Source: Rhizaria sp. SCN 62-66
Lineage: Eukaryota
Length of the DNA: 64,000 nt
Assembly (NCBI GenBank): GCA_001724265.1
Contig: MEDY01000103.1
Coordinates: 1-64,000 of the forward strand
Direction of reading: 5' to 3'
The position numbers and the translations under genes are program-made. Below, in pieces: positions 23,801 to 35,800 of this stretch (its first letter is position 1; each line of letters opens with the position of its first letter). Below the pieces are notes generated by a model, which was not told the DNA's origin, searched no databases, and saw only the letters and a program-made list of their open reading frames with translations.

Positions 23801-26800
23801 TGCTTCGCCTCGGTAGCGCGCGCAGCCTTCTCCTCAAGCGCCTCGCAGCGGACCTGAGCAGCTGCACTGGCGGCCTCGGCGTCTGTCGCCGCAGTGCGGA
23901 GCTCCTCGGCACGCGCACGAGCCTCGGAGGCTTCAGTCTCGGCAGCATCGCGGCGGCGCACGGCATCAGCCAGCGCAGCCTCAGCCTCGGCGCGGGCAGC
24001 AGTAGCGGCGGCAGTCGCAGCGGCAGTGATGGCGGCAGCCTTCTCGGCGCTGACAGCCTCCTTCGCATCCTCGTCGTCGTCACCAGCAGGTGCATCAGCC
24101 TTGGCCTCAGCCTTGGCGGTGTCAGCGCGCGCCTCAGCCAGCTCGGCCTCGAGGCGTGCCACGTCTTGCGTTGCCTGTTCCTTAGTCTGGGTGAATTGCT
24201 GCACAGCCACGCTCTCAGCCTCCTTCGCGGCGATCACGTCAGCCTCAGCGCGCGCAATAGTCACGCGTAGCTCACCCGCGGCACTGGCGGAAGTCTCAAC
24301 CTCCTGCTCAAGTGCAGCCACACGCTCGCGCGCGGTGTCGCGCTCAGCGCTAACAGCCTTGATCTGCGCCAACTGCGCCTGAACGAGCTCATCTGTTGAG
24401 CCCTCAGCCACAGTCTGCAGCGAAGCCTCCAGCTCCGCGACGCGCTCGCGCGCAGCGGTGAGGTCCTCCTCCGCCTGCGCATTGCTGCCCGCCATGCGAT
24501 CCTTGTCCTCAGTCGCGGCGGTTGCACGGGCCTCAGCCTCCGCAGCCTCAGAACGCAGCATCGCCGCAGCCTCGCGCTCGGCAGTGAGCTTCTCGCGAGT
24601 CTCAGCAGCGTCCTCCTCGGCGGCAGTACGAGCGCGGGTGGCAGCCTCAACCGCGGCCTCAGACTTAGCCAGCTCAGCGGCAGCCTCGGCAGCAGCAACC
24701 TTCAGAGCATTGCGCTGCTCCTTAAGAGACTTGACCTTAGCCTCAAGCTCAGCGATCTCCTCGTCCGAACCGGTAGAGCCAGTGGCAGCACCATCAGCAG
24801 GAGCGTGAGCCTTCACTTCAGCGAGCTCAGTCTCGAGACGCTCAACCTCGGCGGCCGCACGCTCCTTGTTCTCGGCGAGGGCGGTTACAGCAGCCTTCTC
24901 GGCCTCAGCAGACGCCTCCGCGGCAGACTCAGCGCGCGCCACAGCCATGCGGGCTTCGTCGGCAGCCACAGTGACGGTCTCAACCTCAGTCTGAAGCTCG
25001 GCAACACGCTCGCGAGCAGTGTCGCGCTCCTCCGTGACGGCCTTGACCTGCTCCTGCTGCGCAATCACAAGCTCATTGGTGGAGCCTTCAGCGACAGCGG
25101 CCAGTGAGGCCTCGAGAGCTGCGACACGGGCGATGGCCGCAGCAGCGTCCTCCTCGGCCTGCGCCTTAGCGGCCACTGCGCGCTCCTTCTCCTCGGTAGC
25201 GGATGTAGCGCGGACCTCAGCCTCGGCCGCAGCTGTGCGCAGCGCAGCGCCAGCCTCACGCTCGGCGACAAGCTTCTCGTTCGCGGCCGTAGCCTCTTCC
25301 TCGGCAGCAGCGCGAGCACGCATAGCAGCCTCAGCAGTCGCCTCGGCGGTCACAATCGCGGCCGCTGCCTCAGCAGCGGCAGCATTGAGAGTGGCGCGCT
25401 GCTCCTTGAGGGCCTTGATCTTGTTCTCAAGCTCCTCAACTTCCTCAGCAGTGATGCCAAGCCCGCCAGCCACACCCGCAGCCGCGCCAGATGCAACCAT
25501 ACCGCGCGCCGTAGCCAGCTCAGACTCCAGGTGCGCGATCTCAGCGGTGTAACGTTCCTTGGCAGCCGCAGCAGCCTCAGTCGCGGCCTTCTCAGCCTCA
25601 GAACGCGACTCCGCGGTCGCCTCAGCACGGGCAGCAGCAACACGCGCGTTATCAGCATCAGCGTTAGCACTGTCAACCTCACTCTGGAGCTCAGCAACAC
25701 GCTCACGGGCGCCGTCACGCTCGCAAGTAAGCGCACGGACCTGACGCAGCTGCGCCTGGACCAACTCGTCGGTGGAGCCTTCAGCCACCGCGTTAAGATC
25801 AGCCTCAAGCTCGGCCACACGAGCGCGCGCCGAGTACATCTCCGCCTCGGCAAGCTGCTTGCCGGACATAAGGCGGTCCTTCTCGTCGACGGCCGCAGCG
25901 GCGCGTGCCTCGGCCTCGGCCGTCACAGCGCGCTGCAAGGCGGTACTCTCGCGCTCAGCCAGCAGCTTCGCCTCAGCGGTGGCAGCCTGCTCTTCAGCGG
26001 TCACGCGCGCACGATGAGCATTCTCAGCCTCGGTCTCAGCAGCCACCAGCGCAGCAGCAGCCTCGGCATAGGCCACGTTCTGAGTCGCACGCTGCTCCTT
26101 AAGAGCCTTGATCTTCGCCTCAAGCTCAGCCACCTCGTCAGATGACGCGGAGGCACCCGCAGTCGCGTTGGCCACAGCGCCAGACGCCGCCATCGCACGG
26201 GCAGCAGACAGCTCGGCCTCAAGACGCTCGATGTCAGCAGCTGCACGCTCCTTGATCGTGGTAGTAGCCTCAACGGCTGCCTTCTCAGCGTCAACAGCAG
26301 CGGCTACAGTCGCCTCAGCGCGAGCAGCAGCAACACGGGCGTCATCCGCGGCAGCAGTAGCAGTGTCGGCCTCGGCCTGAAGCTCGGACGTGCGCGTGCG
26401 AGCAGCGTCACGTTCCTCAGTGAGGGCCTTGATCTGGGCGAGCTGAGCCTGAACAATCTCATCGGTGGAACCCTCAGCAACAGCGTTGAGCGAAGCCTCA
26501 AGCTCCGAGACGCGCTCGCGCGAAGCCGTGAGATCAGCCTCAGCCTGTGCCTTAGCAACGATCAGACGTTCCTTCTCCTCAGCAGCAGCAGCAATGTGAA
26601 CCTCAGCCTCAGCCGCGATCACGCGCTGAGCAGTAGCCTCCTCGCGCGCCGCACAGAGCTTCTCGCGGGCATCAGTGGCCTCGGTCTCAGCGACCTCCTT
26701 GGCACGCGTAGCGGCAGCAGAATTGGCCTCAGCCAGCACAAGCGCCGAGGCCGACTCCGCCACGGAAACCTTGAGTGCATTGCGCTGCTCCTTAAGCGCC

Positions 26801-29800
26801 TTAACCTTGGCCTCGAGTTCGTTCACCTCGTTGCTCGACACAGCAGCCCCGCTTGCAGCCGTCATGGCAGAAGCGACTGCGTCAGACGCGGCGGCGGCGC
26901 GCGCAGCAGCAAGCTCACCCTCGAGACGCTCGATCTCAGAGTCGGTACGGCCCTTAGCGGCGGCTGCGTCTTCTGCAGCGGCCTTGCTCGCGGCAACGGC
27001 AGCCTCAGCAGCAGCCTCATGCTTGTTCGCATCCACACGCGCCTCGTCGGCGGACACTGTCGCGGCCTCAAGTGCGGGCTCGAGCTCAGACACACGCTTG
27101 CGGGCGGCGTCGCGCTCTTCGCTGACGGCCTTGATCTGAGCAAGTTGAGCCTGGACAAGCTCGTCAGTGGATCCCTCAGCGACAGCGGCAAGAGATGCCT
27201 CGAGCTCAGCAACGCGAGCAGTCGCGGCCTCAGCGTCCAACTCAGCCTGCTCCTTGGCGGCAAGCAGGCGCGCGCGCTCGCTGGCAGAAGCTTCAGCGCG
27301 AGCCTCAGCCTCAGCGGCGGCGGTACGTAGCTCGACAGCCGCATTGCGCTCGGCAGAAAGCTTCTCGCGGAGCTCGCTCGCCTCCAGCTCGGCAGCAGCA
27401 CTAGCGCGCTCGGCAGCGTCAGTGGCAGCCTGCGCAGCAGCAGCGTCGGCAGCACTGGCGGCAGCAGCTGCGGTGGCGGTGACCATGCTCTCACGGAGAG
27501 AAGCGATCTTCTCACGCAGCGCCTCGGCATCGGCCTCGCTGTTCTGGTCGGATGTTGTCACCACAGCAGCGGCAGCCGTCGCAGCCAGTGCCGACGCCAA
27601 CTGCGACTGCAAGTGCTCGATCTCAGCACGAGCACGTGCGGCCTCGCTCTTATGCTCATCCTCCTCAGCCGCGCGCGCGGCCTCAACGGCCTGTGCCTTC
27701 GCAGTCGATTCAGCAGCGGTAGCACGCTCAGTAGCCACCGTTTCGTTCGCGGTGGCAACAGCCTCCTCAGACGCGGTGACGTCAGCGCGGGCGGCATCAC
27801 GCTCGGCAATGACAGCCTTGAGTTGCTCCTGCTGCGCCTGCACAAGCTCGTCCGTTGAGCCAGCAGCGACGGCAGCGAGAGATGCCTCCAGCGCTGCAAC
27901 GCGCGCCTGTGCGGCAGTGGCAGCGTCCTCGGCCTTGGTCTTCGCCGCGGTAAGGCGGGCAGCCTCCTCGGTCGCCGTCTCGTCGCGCGCACGCAGCCCG
28001 GCTGCCTCGGCCTTGAGTGCACCGTGTGCCGCGCGCTCAGCCTCAAGGCGCTCACGAGCTTCGGCGCTGTCGGCGGCGTTGACGTCACGTGCACGCACCG
28101 CTGCGGCAAGCTCGCTGCTCGCAGTCGCGGCCTCGCTGGCGGCGGTGGCGTGCGCCTGCGTCGCGGCAGCAAGGCGCTCGCGCGCAGTGGCAAGCTCCTG
28201 CTTAAGAGCGGTCGCCTCTTCGGCCGAGATTGAGCCTGCAGCGGCGGCGTTGGACACCGACGCGGCAGCTACACTTTCGCGAGCAGCCGTCAGCTCCTCC
28301 TGAAGCGCAGCGCGCGCGGCAACAGCCTTCTCGAGACGCTCTGTAGCCTCCTGGGCCTCAGCCGCGCGGGTCTCGTTCGCCAGAGTCGTAGCCGCAGTGG
28401 CAGCCTTAACGGCAACAGCAGCCTCAGCAGCCTCAGCACGCGCGGTCGTAACCTCAGTCTCAGCAGTGGCGGCACGGGATTGCGCAGTGTCGCGCTCTTC
28501 CTGCACGGCAGCGAGCTGCGTCTGCTGTGCCTGCACCAGCTCGTCTGTGGTGCCCGCAGCGACGGCGGCAAGGGACGCCTCGAGTGATGCCACACGGGCA
28601 CGAGCCGCGGTGACGTCAGCCTCCGCCTGCGCGCGCGCAGCTTCGGCGCGCTCAGACGCGGTCGACAAAGCATCTGCGCGCGCCTCCGCAGCGGCAAGCT
28701 TCTGGAGCGCATCAATGCGGCTGCCGCGCTCAGTGTTGAGGCGGGTGCGGAGGTCGTCCGCGTCCTCCTCAGCCTCCTCACGCGCGGACTCAGCAGCAGC
28801 GCGAGAGCTTTCGGCAACTGCAGCAGCGGCCTTGGAGCGTGCAAGTGCGGCGTTAGCAGCCGCAAGCTCCTTAGAAGCAGCAGCAGCACGAGCGCGAAGA
28901 GCAGCAACGTCGGCGTTGTCGTTCGCAGCGTGCTCATCCGCGGCAGCGACAGCATCTTCTGCAGCAGTGGTCGCGGACTCCTTCGAGTCAGCGTCCTGCT
29001 TGGAGCCGCGACGGCGCGCAAGAAGAGCGCCGCCAATGGCACCGACAACAACGCCACCAGCAACAGCAGCGGCGACGACAGCGGGCTTCACGCCCTCCTT
29101 GGCGGGCTTCTCACCATCTGCGGCACGGGTCGCGCTCTCGGCAGTCGCGGCATCAGCAGAAATAGCGTCAACTGGAACTTCGTCGGCGGCGGCAGCATCG
29201 TCAGGTAGAGCAACAGCGGCAGCAGACTTATTCGAGGCAACCGAGGCGACAGCTCCGACAGCGGCCGCAGCAGCACGAGCCTCAGCAAGCTCAGCCTCGA
29301 GGCGCTCACATTCAGCGAGGGCACGGGATTCGCGGGCCTCAGCCTCAGCCGCGGCAGCCTTGCGGGCTTCCTCGGCGACCGCAGCGGCGGTCTCGGCACG
29401 GCGCTGCGCAGCAAGGGCGTCGCCGTTGCGCTCACGGAGCTCGGCAGCCTCGGCCTCGGATTCGGCAACGCGAACACGAGCAGTGTCGCGCTCCTCCTTG
29501 ACCGCAGCCAATTGCTGCAGCTGCGCCTGCACAAGCTCATCAGTCGAGCCCTCGGCCACGGTGGTAATCGCGGTCTCGAGCGTGGCGACGCGGGCGATGG
29601 CAGCGGTCTTGTCCTCCTCAGCGGTACTCTGTGCAGTCGCAGCACGGGCCGCAGCGGCCTCAGCAGCCTCTGCACGCGCCTCAGCGTCAGCGCGGGCAAC
29701 GCTGGTCTCAGCGACCGAAGCCTGAGCAGCAGAAAGCTTAGTGCGCAGGTCATCAGCGTCTTCCTCCGCACGTGCGCGGGCGCGGTCAGCCGCGGAGGCA

Positions 29801-32800
29801 GCCTCCTCAGCGCGCGTGGCATTCGCAGCAGCCTCAGCAAGCGCAGTCTTGGCAGTCTTGAGCGCCTGGCGCTGCGCAGTGACCTCGTCACGAAGCTCTT
29901 CGAGCTCCTCTTCGCCGGCGGCCGCGGACCAGCCCGCCGTAGCAGCGGAGGCCTGCTGCGCGGCGGTCAACTCGGCCTCGAGACGGCTGCTGCGCGTCGT
30001 GGCGCGCTCGCGCTCGCGCGACAGAGTCACCTCAGTGTTGGCGCGCTCCTCGCTTGCGAGCTCGGCCGCAACTGCGGACTGGCGAGCCTCGGTGCGCGCG
30101 GCGCCCAGCTGCGGCAGCAGCGCGTCTGTCTCAGCAACCGCAGCCTCGGCGCGGGCAACAGCCTTGTCGCGCTCCTCAGTGACGGCCTTAAGCTGCTGCT
30201 GCTGCGCCTGGACAAGCTCGTCGGTCGAGCCCTCGGCAACGGCAGCAAGAGAAGCCTCAAGCTCCGCAAGGCGCGCGGTGGCGTGCGCTACACGGGCCTT
30301 CTCCTCCTGAGTCGCGGCGCGAGCGCGCTGAGCCTGACTGATCTGCTCCTCGGCACGGGCCTCAGCGCCCGCAGCGGCAACAGTAGCAGCGGTGCTCGCG
30401 GCGCGCGCGGTCGTAGCAGCCTCCTCGGCAGCCGTGGCGTCGGCACGGGCCTCCTCACGGAGCTTCTCGGCAGTCGCCAGCGCGGCCTGCGTAGCAGCAG
30501 CGGTCGCCTCGGCGGTCGCGAGAGCGCGAGAAAGCGTAGAGACGCGCTCACGCAGCGTGGCCTCGCGCTTCTCAGCCTCAGCAGCGTCGTTGTTCTCCTC
30601 GTCATCGAAGCCATCACTGTCACCAGCGCCAGATGCAGTACCACGGGCCAGTGCGGCACGGGCGCGGGTGCCGTTGAGCTCGCCCTGAAGGCGCTCAACC
30701 TCAGCCTCAGCACGCTGCACGGCCTTAGCGCCGTCCGCCACAGCCGCATCACGAGCCTGCTCGGCAAGCGAAGCGGCCACAGACGACCGCTTGTGCGCAG
30801 CGTTGGCCTCAGCCTCTGCGGTGCGCGCAGCCTCGCTCTTTTCAGCCGCGGCAGCAGCACGAGCAACAGCAGCATCACGCTCCGCAGTGAGAGACTTGAG
30901 CTGAGCCAGCTGAGCCTGAACAAGCTCGTCGGTGGAGCCTTCAGACACTGTCTGCAGCGAGGCCTCAAGGGCCGCGACACGCGAGGCAGCCTCTGCAGCA
31001 GCCTCGTCAGCCTTGGCACGGGCCTCGTTGGCGAGATCACAAGCCGCAGCGGCGGCCGCGGCGCGCGCTTCAGCGTCAGCGCAAGCCGTCTTGCTTTCGG
31101 ATACGGTGGCACGTTCAGCGTCAAGCTTCGCGTGAGCCTCGGCAGCATCCTCCTCAGCCGCAGCGCAGCTATGCTTCATGTTGGCGAGCGAGGTCTCAGC
31201 CGCGGCAAGGTCAGCAGCGACGACATCGCGCTCCGACTGCGCGGTTGCAGCAGAACGGCGGAGCTCGGCAATACGGCGGTAAAGGCTCTCAGTAGGGTCC
31301 TCCTCCTCAAGGGTAGCAACAGCAGCAGATGCAGCAGACTCGACGCCATCAGCAGAATGCTCGTCAGAAACGACGGCAGGTGAGACGTCATCGATCGAGA
31401 CACCAGCAGGAGTAGCAACAGCAGCACTCGAGGGGCGCGCAAGAGCCTTCTGAAGCTCGGCCTGCAGGCGCTCGCGCTCATCCTCTGCGCGGCGCAGCTT
31501 GGCAGCCAGCGCAGCGGTCTCATCCCCAGCGTTGATGTTCGCGATGCGGTGCGTGGCGTCGGCCTGGGCGGCGCTCGCGCGCGCGTCAGCGGCAGCAGCC
31601 AGCGCAGCCTCGCGTTCAGCCTCGGCATCGGTAGCGCGCTGGCGGGCCAGGTCACGCTCGGCAGTCACGGACGCGATCTGATCGCGCTGTGCCTGAACCA
31701 GCTCGTCCGTGGAGCCCTGCGCGACAGCCTGCAGCGACGCCTCGAGCGCAGCCACGCGCTCTGTGGCAGCGCCCAGATCCGCGACGGCCTGCTCCTTACT
31801 CGCCTCGGCACGCGCAGTAGTCTCGACAGCAGCGGCGGCCTTGACCTCGGTCGCAGCGCTCTCGCCGGCAGAGCCAGCGCGGGCGCTCGTCTCGGCGGCC
31901 AGACGCTCACGGAGAGCGGCAGCCTCCGCCTCGGCTGCCTCACGGGCACTCTCGGCAGAAGCGCGCTCAGCTTCCTTGGTCGCAGCAGCAGCCTCAGCAG
32001 CGGCAGCTGCGGAACGCAGCGACGCAAGCTTAGCAACCAGAGCGTCCATCTCATCCACGGCAGCAGTCGAATCAGAGACAGTCGTAGGCAAGTGAGACTC
32101 AGAAGCGGGCGCAGCTGATGAAGCAGCGGCAGCAGTCGCAGCGGCAACTTCAGTCGCGTCTGCGCCAGCAGACACGGCAGCGGCCGTAGCAGCAGCGGTG
32201 GCGGCGCGAGCAGCGGCGAGCTCGCCCGTGAGACGCTCGTTCTCGGCATCGGCACGCGCGATGCGGGCCGCGGCGTCGTTCTGCGCCTGCTTACTAGCGG
32301 CCTGGGCGTCCTCCGCGTCAGCAGCGGCCTTGCGGGCCTCTGCACGGGCAGCATCGGCCTCCGCGGCAGCCTTCTCGGCGGCCGCAGTGCTCTCAGCAGC
32401 ACGCTCGCGCTCAGCGTTGCGCTCCTCGGTGAGCGCAGCCAACTGCTGCTTCTGCGCCAGCACGAGCGCATCCGTAGAGCCCTCCGCAGCGGCGGCCAGC
32501 GCGGCCTCCAGCTCGGCAGAGCGCTCGCGGGCGGCCTCCAGGTCCGCAGCAGCGCGGGCCGCAGCGGCCTGCGCGGCGCTAGCCTGCTGGCTCGCCTCCT
32601 CGGTCGCGGCAGCGAGATCAGCGGCGGCGCGCTCGGTGATACGCTGCTCACGGGCGGCGGCGGCAGCAGCAGCCTCGGCAGCCTCGGCGGCGACCGAGTC
32701 GGCCTGCGCGGTGGCGGCGGCAAGCTCGGACTTGAGCTCGTCGCGCGAAATCATCGCAGCAGCCGCGGCAGCGGCAGAGCTAGCGGCGGCCTCCTCACGG

Positions 32801-35800
32801 GCGGCCTCTGCAAGCTCAGCAGTGGCTTCAGCCTTCTTAGCGTTAGCGCCAGCCTCGTGGGCGTCAGCCTTGGCAGTCTCAGCCTCGGCCTCTGCGGCGC
32901 GCGCGCGCTCGACAGCAGCGTCGCGCTCCGTGGTGAGAGCTTTGATCTGCGCAAGCTGCGCAGTCACAATCTCGTCCGTGGAACCCTCAGCAACAGTCTG
33001 CAGCGAGGTCTCCAGCTCACGTGCGCGCGCTTCAGCAGCAGCAAGGTCGGTGTCGGCCTGAGCACGAGCGGCACGGAGGCGCTCAGCCTCGGCGTCCGCG
33101 GACTCAGCGCGCGCGGTGGCGTCGGCGGCAGAAGCAAGAGCGGCGTCCAACGCGGCCTTGGTCTCAGCAGCAGCAGCCCCAGCGGCGGCAGCACGCGCCA
33201 CAGCGGCGTTGAGAGCTTCCTCGTCGACGACGGTGACGATAGAGCTCGACGCGGATGCATGCACAGGAGCCGTGTTCTCATGCGACGAGTGCACGGCAGA
33301 CACAGCGCTGATCGGGGCAGCGAGTGCGGTAGCAGCGAGGTCGGCGCGAGCCTTCTCGAGTGCCGCCTCGGCCTCCGCAGCAGCAGCCACAGCGGCGTCC
33401 TTCTCAGCCTCGAAGCGCGCGTTCTCAGCGCCAGCTTCGTCACGCGCGCGCAGCGCCTCAGCAGCCTCAGCCTGGCTCTCTTCAGCACGCGCACGCGCGG
33501 CATCGCGCTCTGCGGCGACCTCCTTGAGCTGCGCGGCCTGCGCGGCAACGACGGCGTCGGTAGAGCCCTCTGTGGCGGCAGTCAGCGACTGTTCCAGCGC
33601 CGCCACCCGCGCAACTGCGGCCGCAGCGTCAGCGTCAGCACGGTCCTTGGCGGCGTTGGCGCGCTCGGCGTCGCTCAGAGCAGCCTCGGTGCGTGCAGCG
33701 GCCTCCGCCGCAGCGGCACGGGCCTCGGCTGCCTCCCTGCGTGCTTCCACAGCCTCGCTGCGTGCAGCGTCAGTCTCAGCAGCAGCGGCGGCGAGAGCGG
33801 CGCGCGCGGCCTCCTCAGAAGCAGCGCGGTCAGCGTCGCCCGCACCGGCAGCGGCGGCCGCGGTTTCAGTGGCGGCGGCGGCAGCAGCAGCGGCCTTAGC
33901 GTGCGCAACCTTCTCGGCGCTCAGCTCCTCGGCAAGCGCGGCCTCGCGATCCTCGGCAGCGGCCAGACTGGCAGCCGCAGCGTCGCGCTCCTCGCTCAGT
34001 GCCTTCAGCTGCGCGCGCTGCGCCTGCACCAGCTCGTCGGTGCTGCCCTCGGCGGCCGCAGCGAGGGACTCCTCCATCTCGCGCGCACGCGCCTGTGCCA
34101 GCGCGGCAGTCTCGTCAGCGCGCGCCTTGATCTCGAGCATGCGCTCACGGTCACTGGCAGCGGCAGCGAGCTGCGCCTCCATCGCAGCCGTCGTCAGACG
34201 CAGCGAAGACAGCTCGGCGGCGTGATCAGCAGCCTGTGTAGCCAGAGTAGACCGCAGCGACGCGATCTCCGCAGCAGCCGCGGCAGCCGCAGCGGCGTGC
34301 GCGGCGGCCGAGTCAGACACGGGCGCGGCGTCGGCAGGCTTCTTGGTGTTAAGCGCGGTGGTCACGGCGGCGATGGCCGCGGCCTCGACGGCATCGGCGC
34401 GCGCAATGACGGTGCCCGAGTCCTCCTTGCTCTCCTCGCTGTCCGCAGGCGGGCGCCACGAGGGCAGTTCGGAGGCGGTCTGGGCGACGCGCGCGTCAGA
34501 GGCGCGCTGCACCCAGTCAAGTGCGGCGGTGGCGCGCGACAGGCGCTGCGTAAGCGCTCGCACACGGGCCTCCGCGGCACGGTCCTGCTGGGCGGCGGTC
34601 GCAGCAGCTGCGGCGGCTGAAGCAGCAGCGGCGTCGGCTGCGGCCTTGGCGGCAGAGATCTCAGCCCTAGCGGCGGCAGCCTCATCCTGAGAAGTCTTCA
34701 TCGCGGCCTTGACGGCATCAATATCAGCCTTTGATGCCGCGGCATCAGCCTTGGCAGCATCAGCGTCGGCCTTGGCAGCGTCAGCAGCGGCCTTTGCAGC
34801 AGCAACCTCGGCCTTGGCAGCGGCAGCAGCTTCGGCACCGGAGGTGCCCGCAGCAGCAGCCTTCTCAGCATCGGCCTTGGCTTTCGCGGCCTCATCCTTC
34901 GCGGCAGCGGCCTCGGCCTTCGCAGCGGCGACCTGGGCCTCGCTGTCGCGCGCCTTGGCCTCGGCCGACTCGACCTGCGTCGCGGCGGCGGCCAGCGCGG
35001 CCTTAGCGCCCTGCAGCTCAGACTGCGCGGCATCGCGGGCGCGCTCGACCTCTGCGCGCGCCGAGTCGGTCGCGGCGCGGGCCGACTCGGCGGCGTCCTT
35101 GGCGGCTGACGCCGCGGCGAGGGCGTCCGACACGCGCGCCAAGTCGCTGCGCGCGGCAGCGGCCTGCGTCTCGAGCTCGGCCACGCGCGCGGACATGGCG
35201 TCAGCACGCGCGCGCTCGTCCATGCCGGCACTGGCAGCGGCAGCGGCGGCAGCAGTGGCGGCCTCCGCCTGAGCGCGCGCGACGGCGGCGGCAAGGGAGG
35301 CGTTCTCGCCCGCCAGACGGTCCTTGGCAGCAGCCAGGTCAACCTTCTCGGTGCCCAGTGCAGCACACTGCGCGGAGAGCATCGTCACCTGCTCCTGCAG
35401 AGCAGCCTCGCGCGCCGTCAACGCCGACACGCGCGCCTGGAGCTCGCTGTCGACAGAGTTGCCGCCGTAGCTAAGCCCGGCAGCGGGCGAGTGCGCGGGC
35501 GCGTGCGCGGGGGACGAAGGGGGGAAGGCCGAGGACGGCGCACGTGCAGAGTGCTGCGGCGAGCGCGGCGAGAACTGCGGCTGGTAGGGGTCCGCGTCGA
35601 AACTGGCGCCCGGGGAGGCTGGGGCGACAGGGTACGAGTCATAGGTCGGCGAGCGTGGCTTGCGGTGCGGCGACTGGGGCGCGGCGTTGAGCTCGCCGCG
35701 GTCGATCTGCTCCTGCAGCACGACGGAGCGCGCGCGCGGAGGTGGCGGCATCGACACGCCCGCGCGCTCGAGGCGCTGGCGCGTCTCTTCGTTGTACTTG

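Noticed and set aside
19186-34620. Long plus-strand ORFs (1389, 623, 587 aa and others) opposite the giant gene
   Set aside because: Antisense shadows produced by GC-rich, biased codon usage; the translations are L/G/S-rich nonsense.
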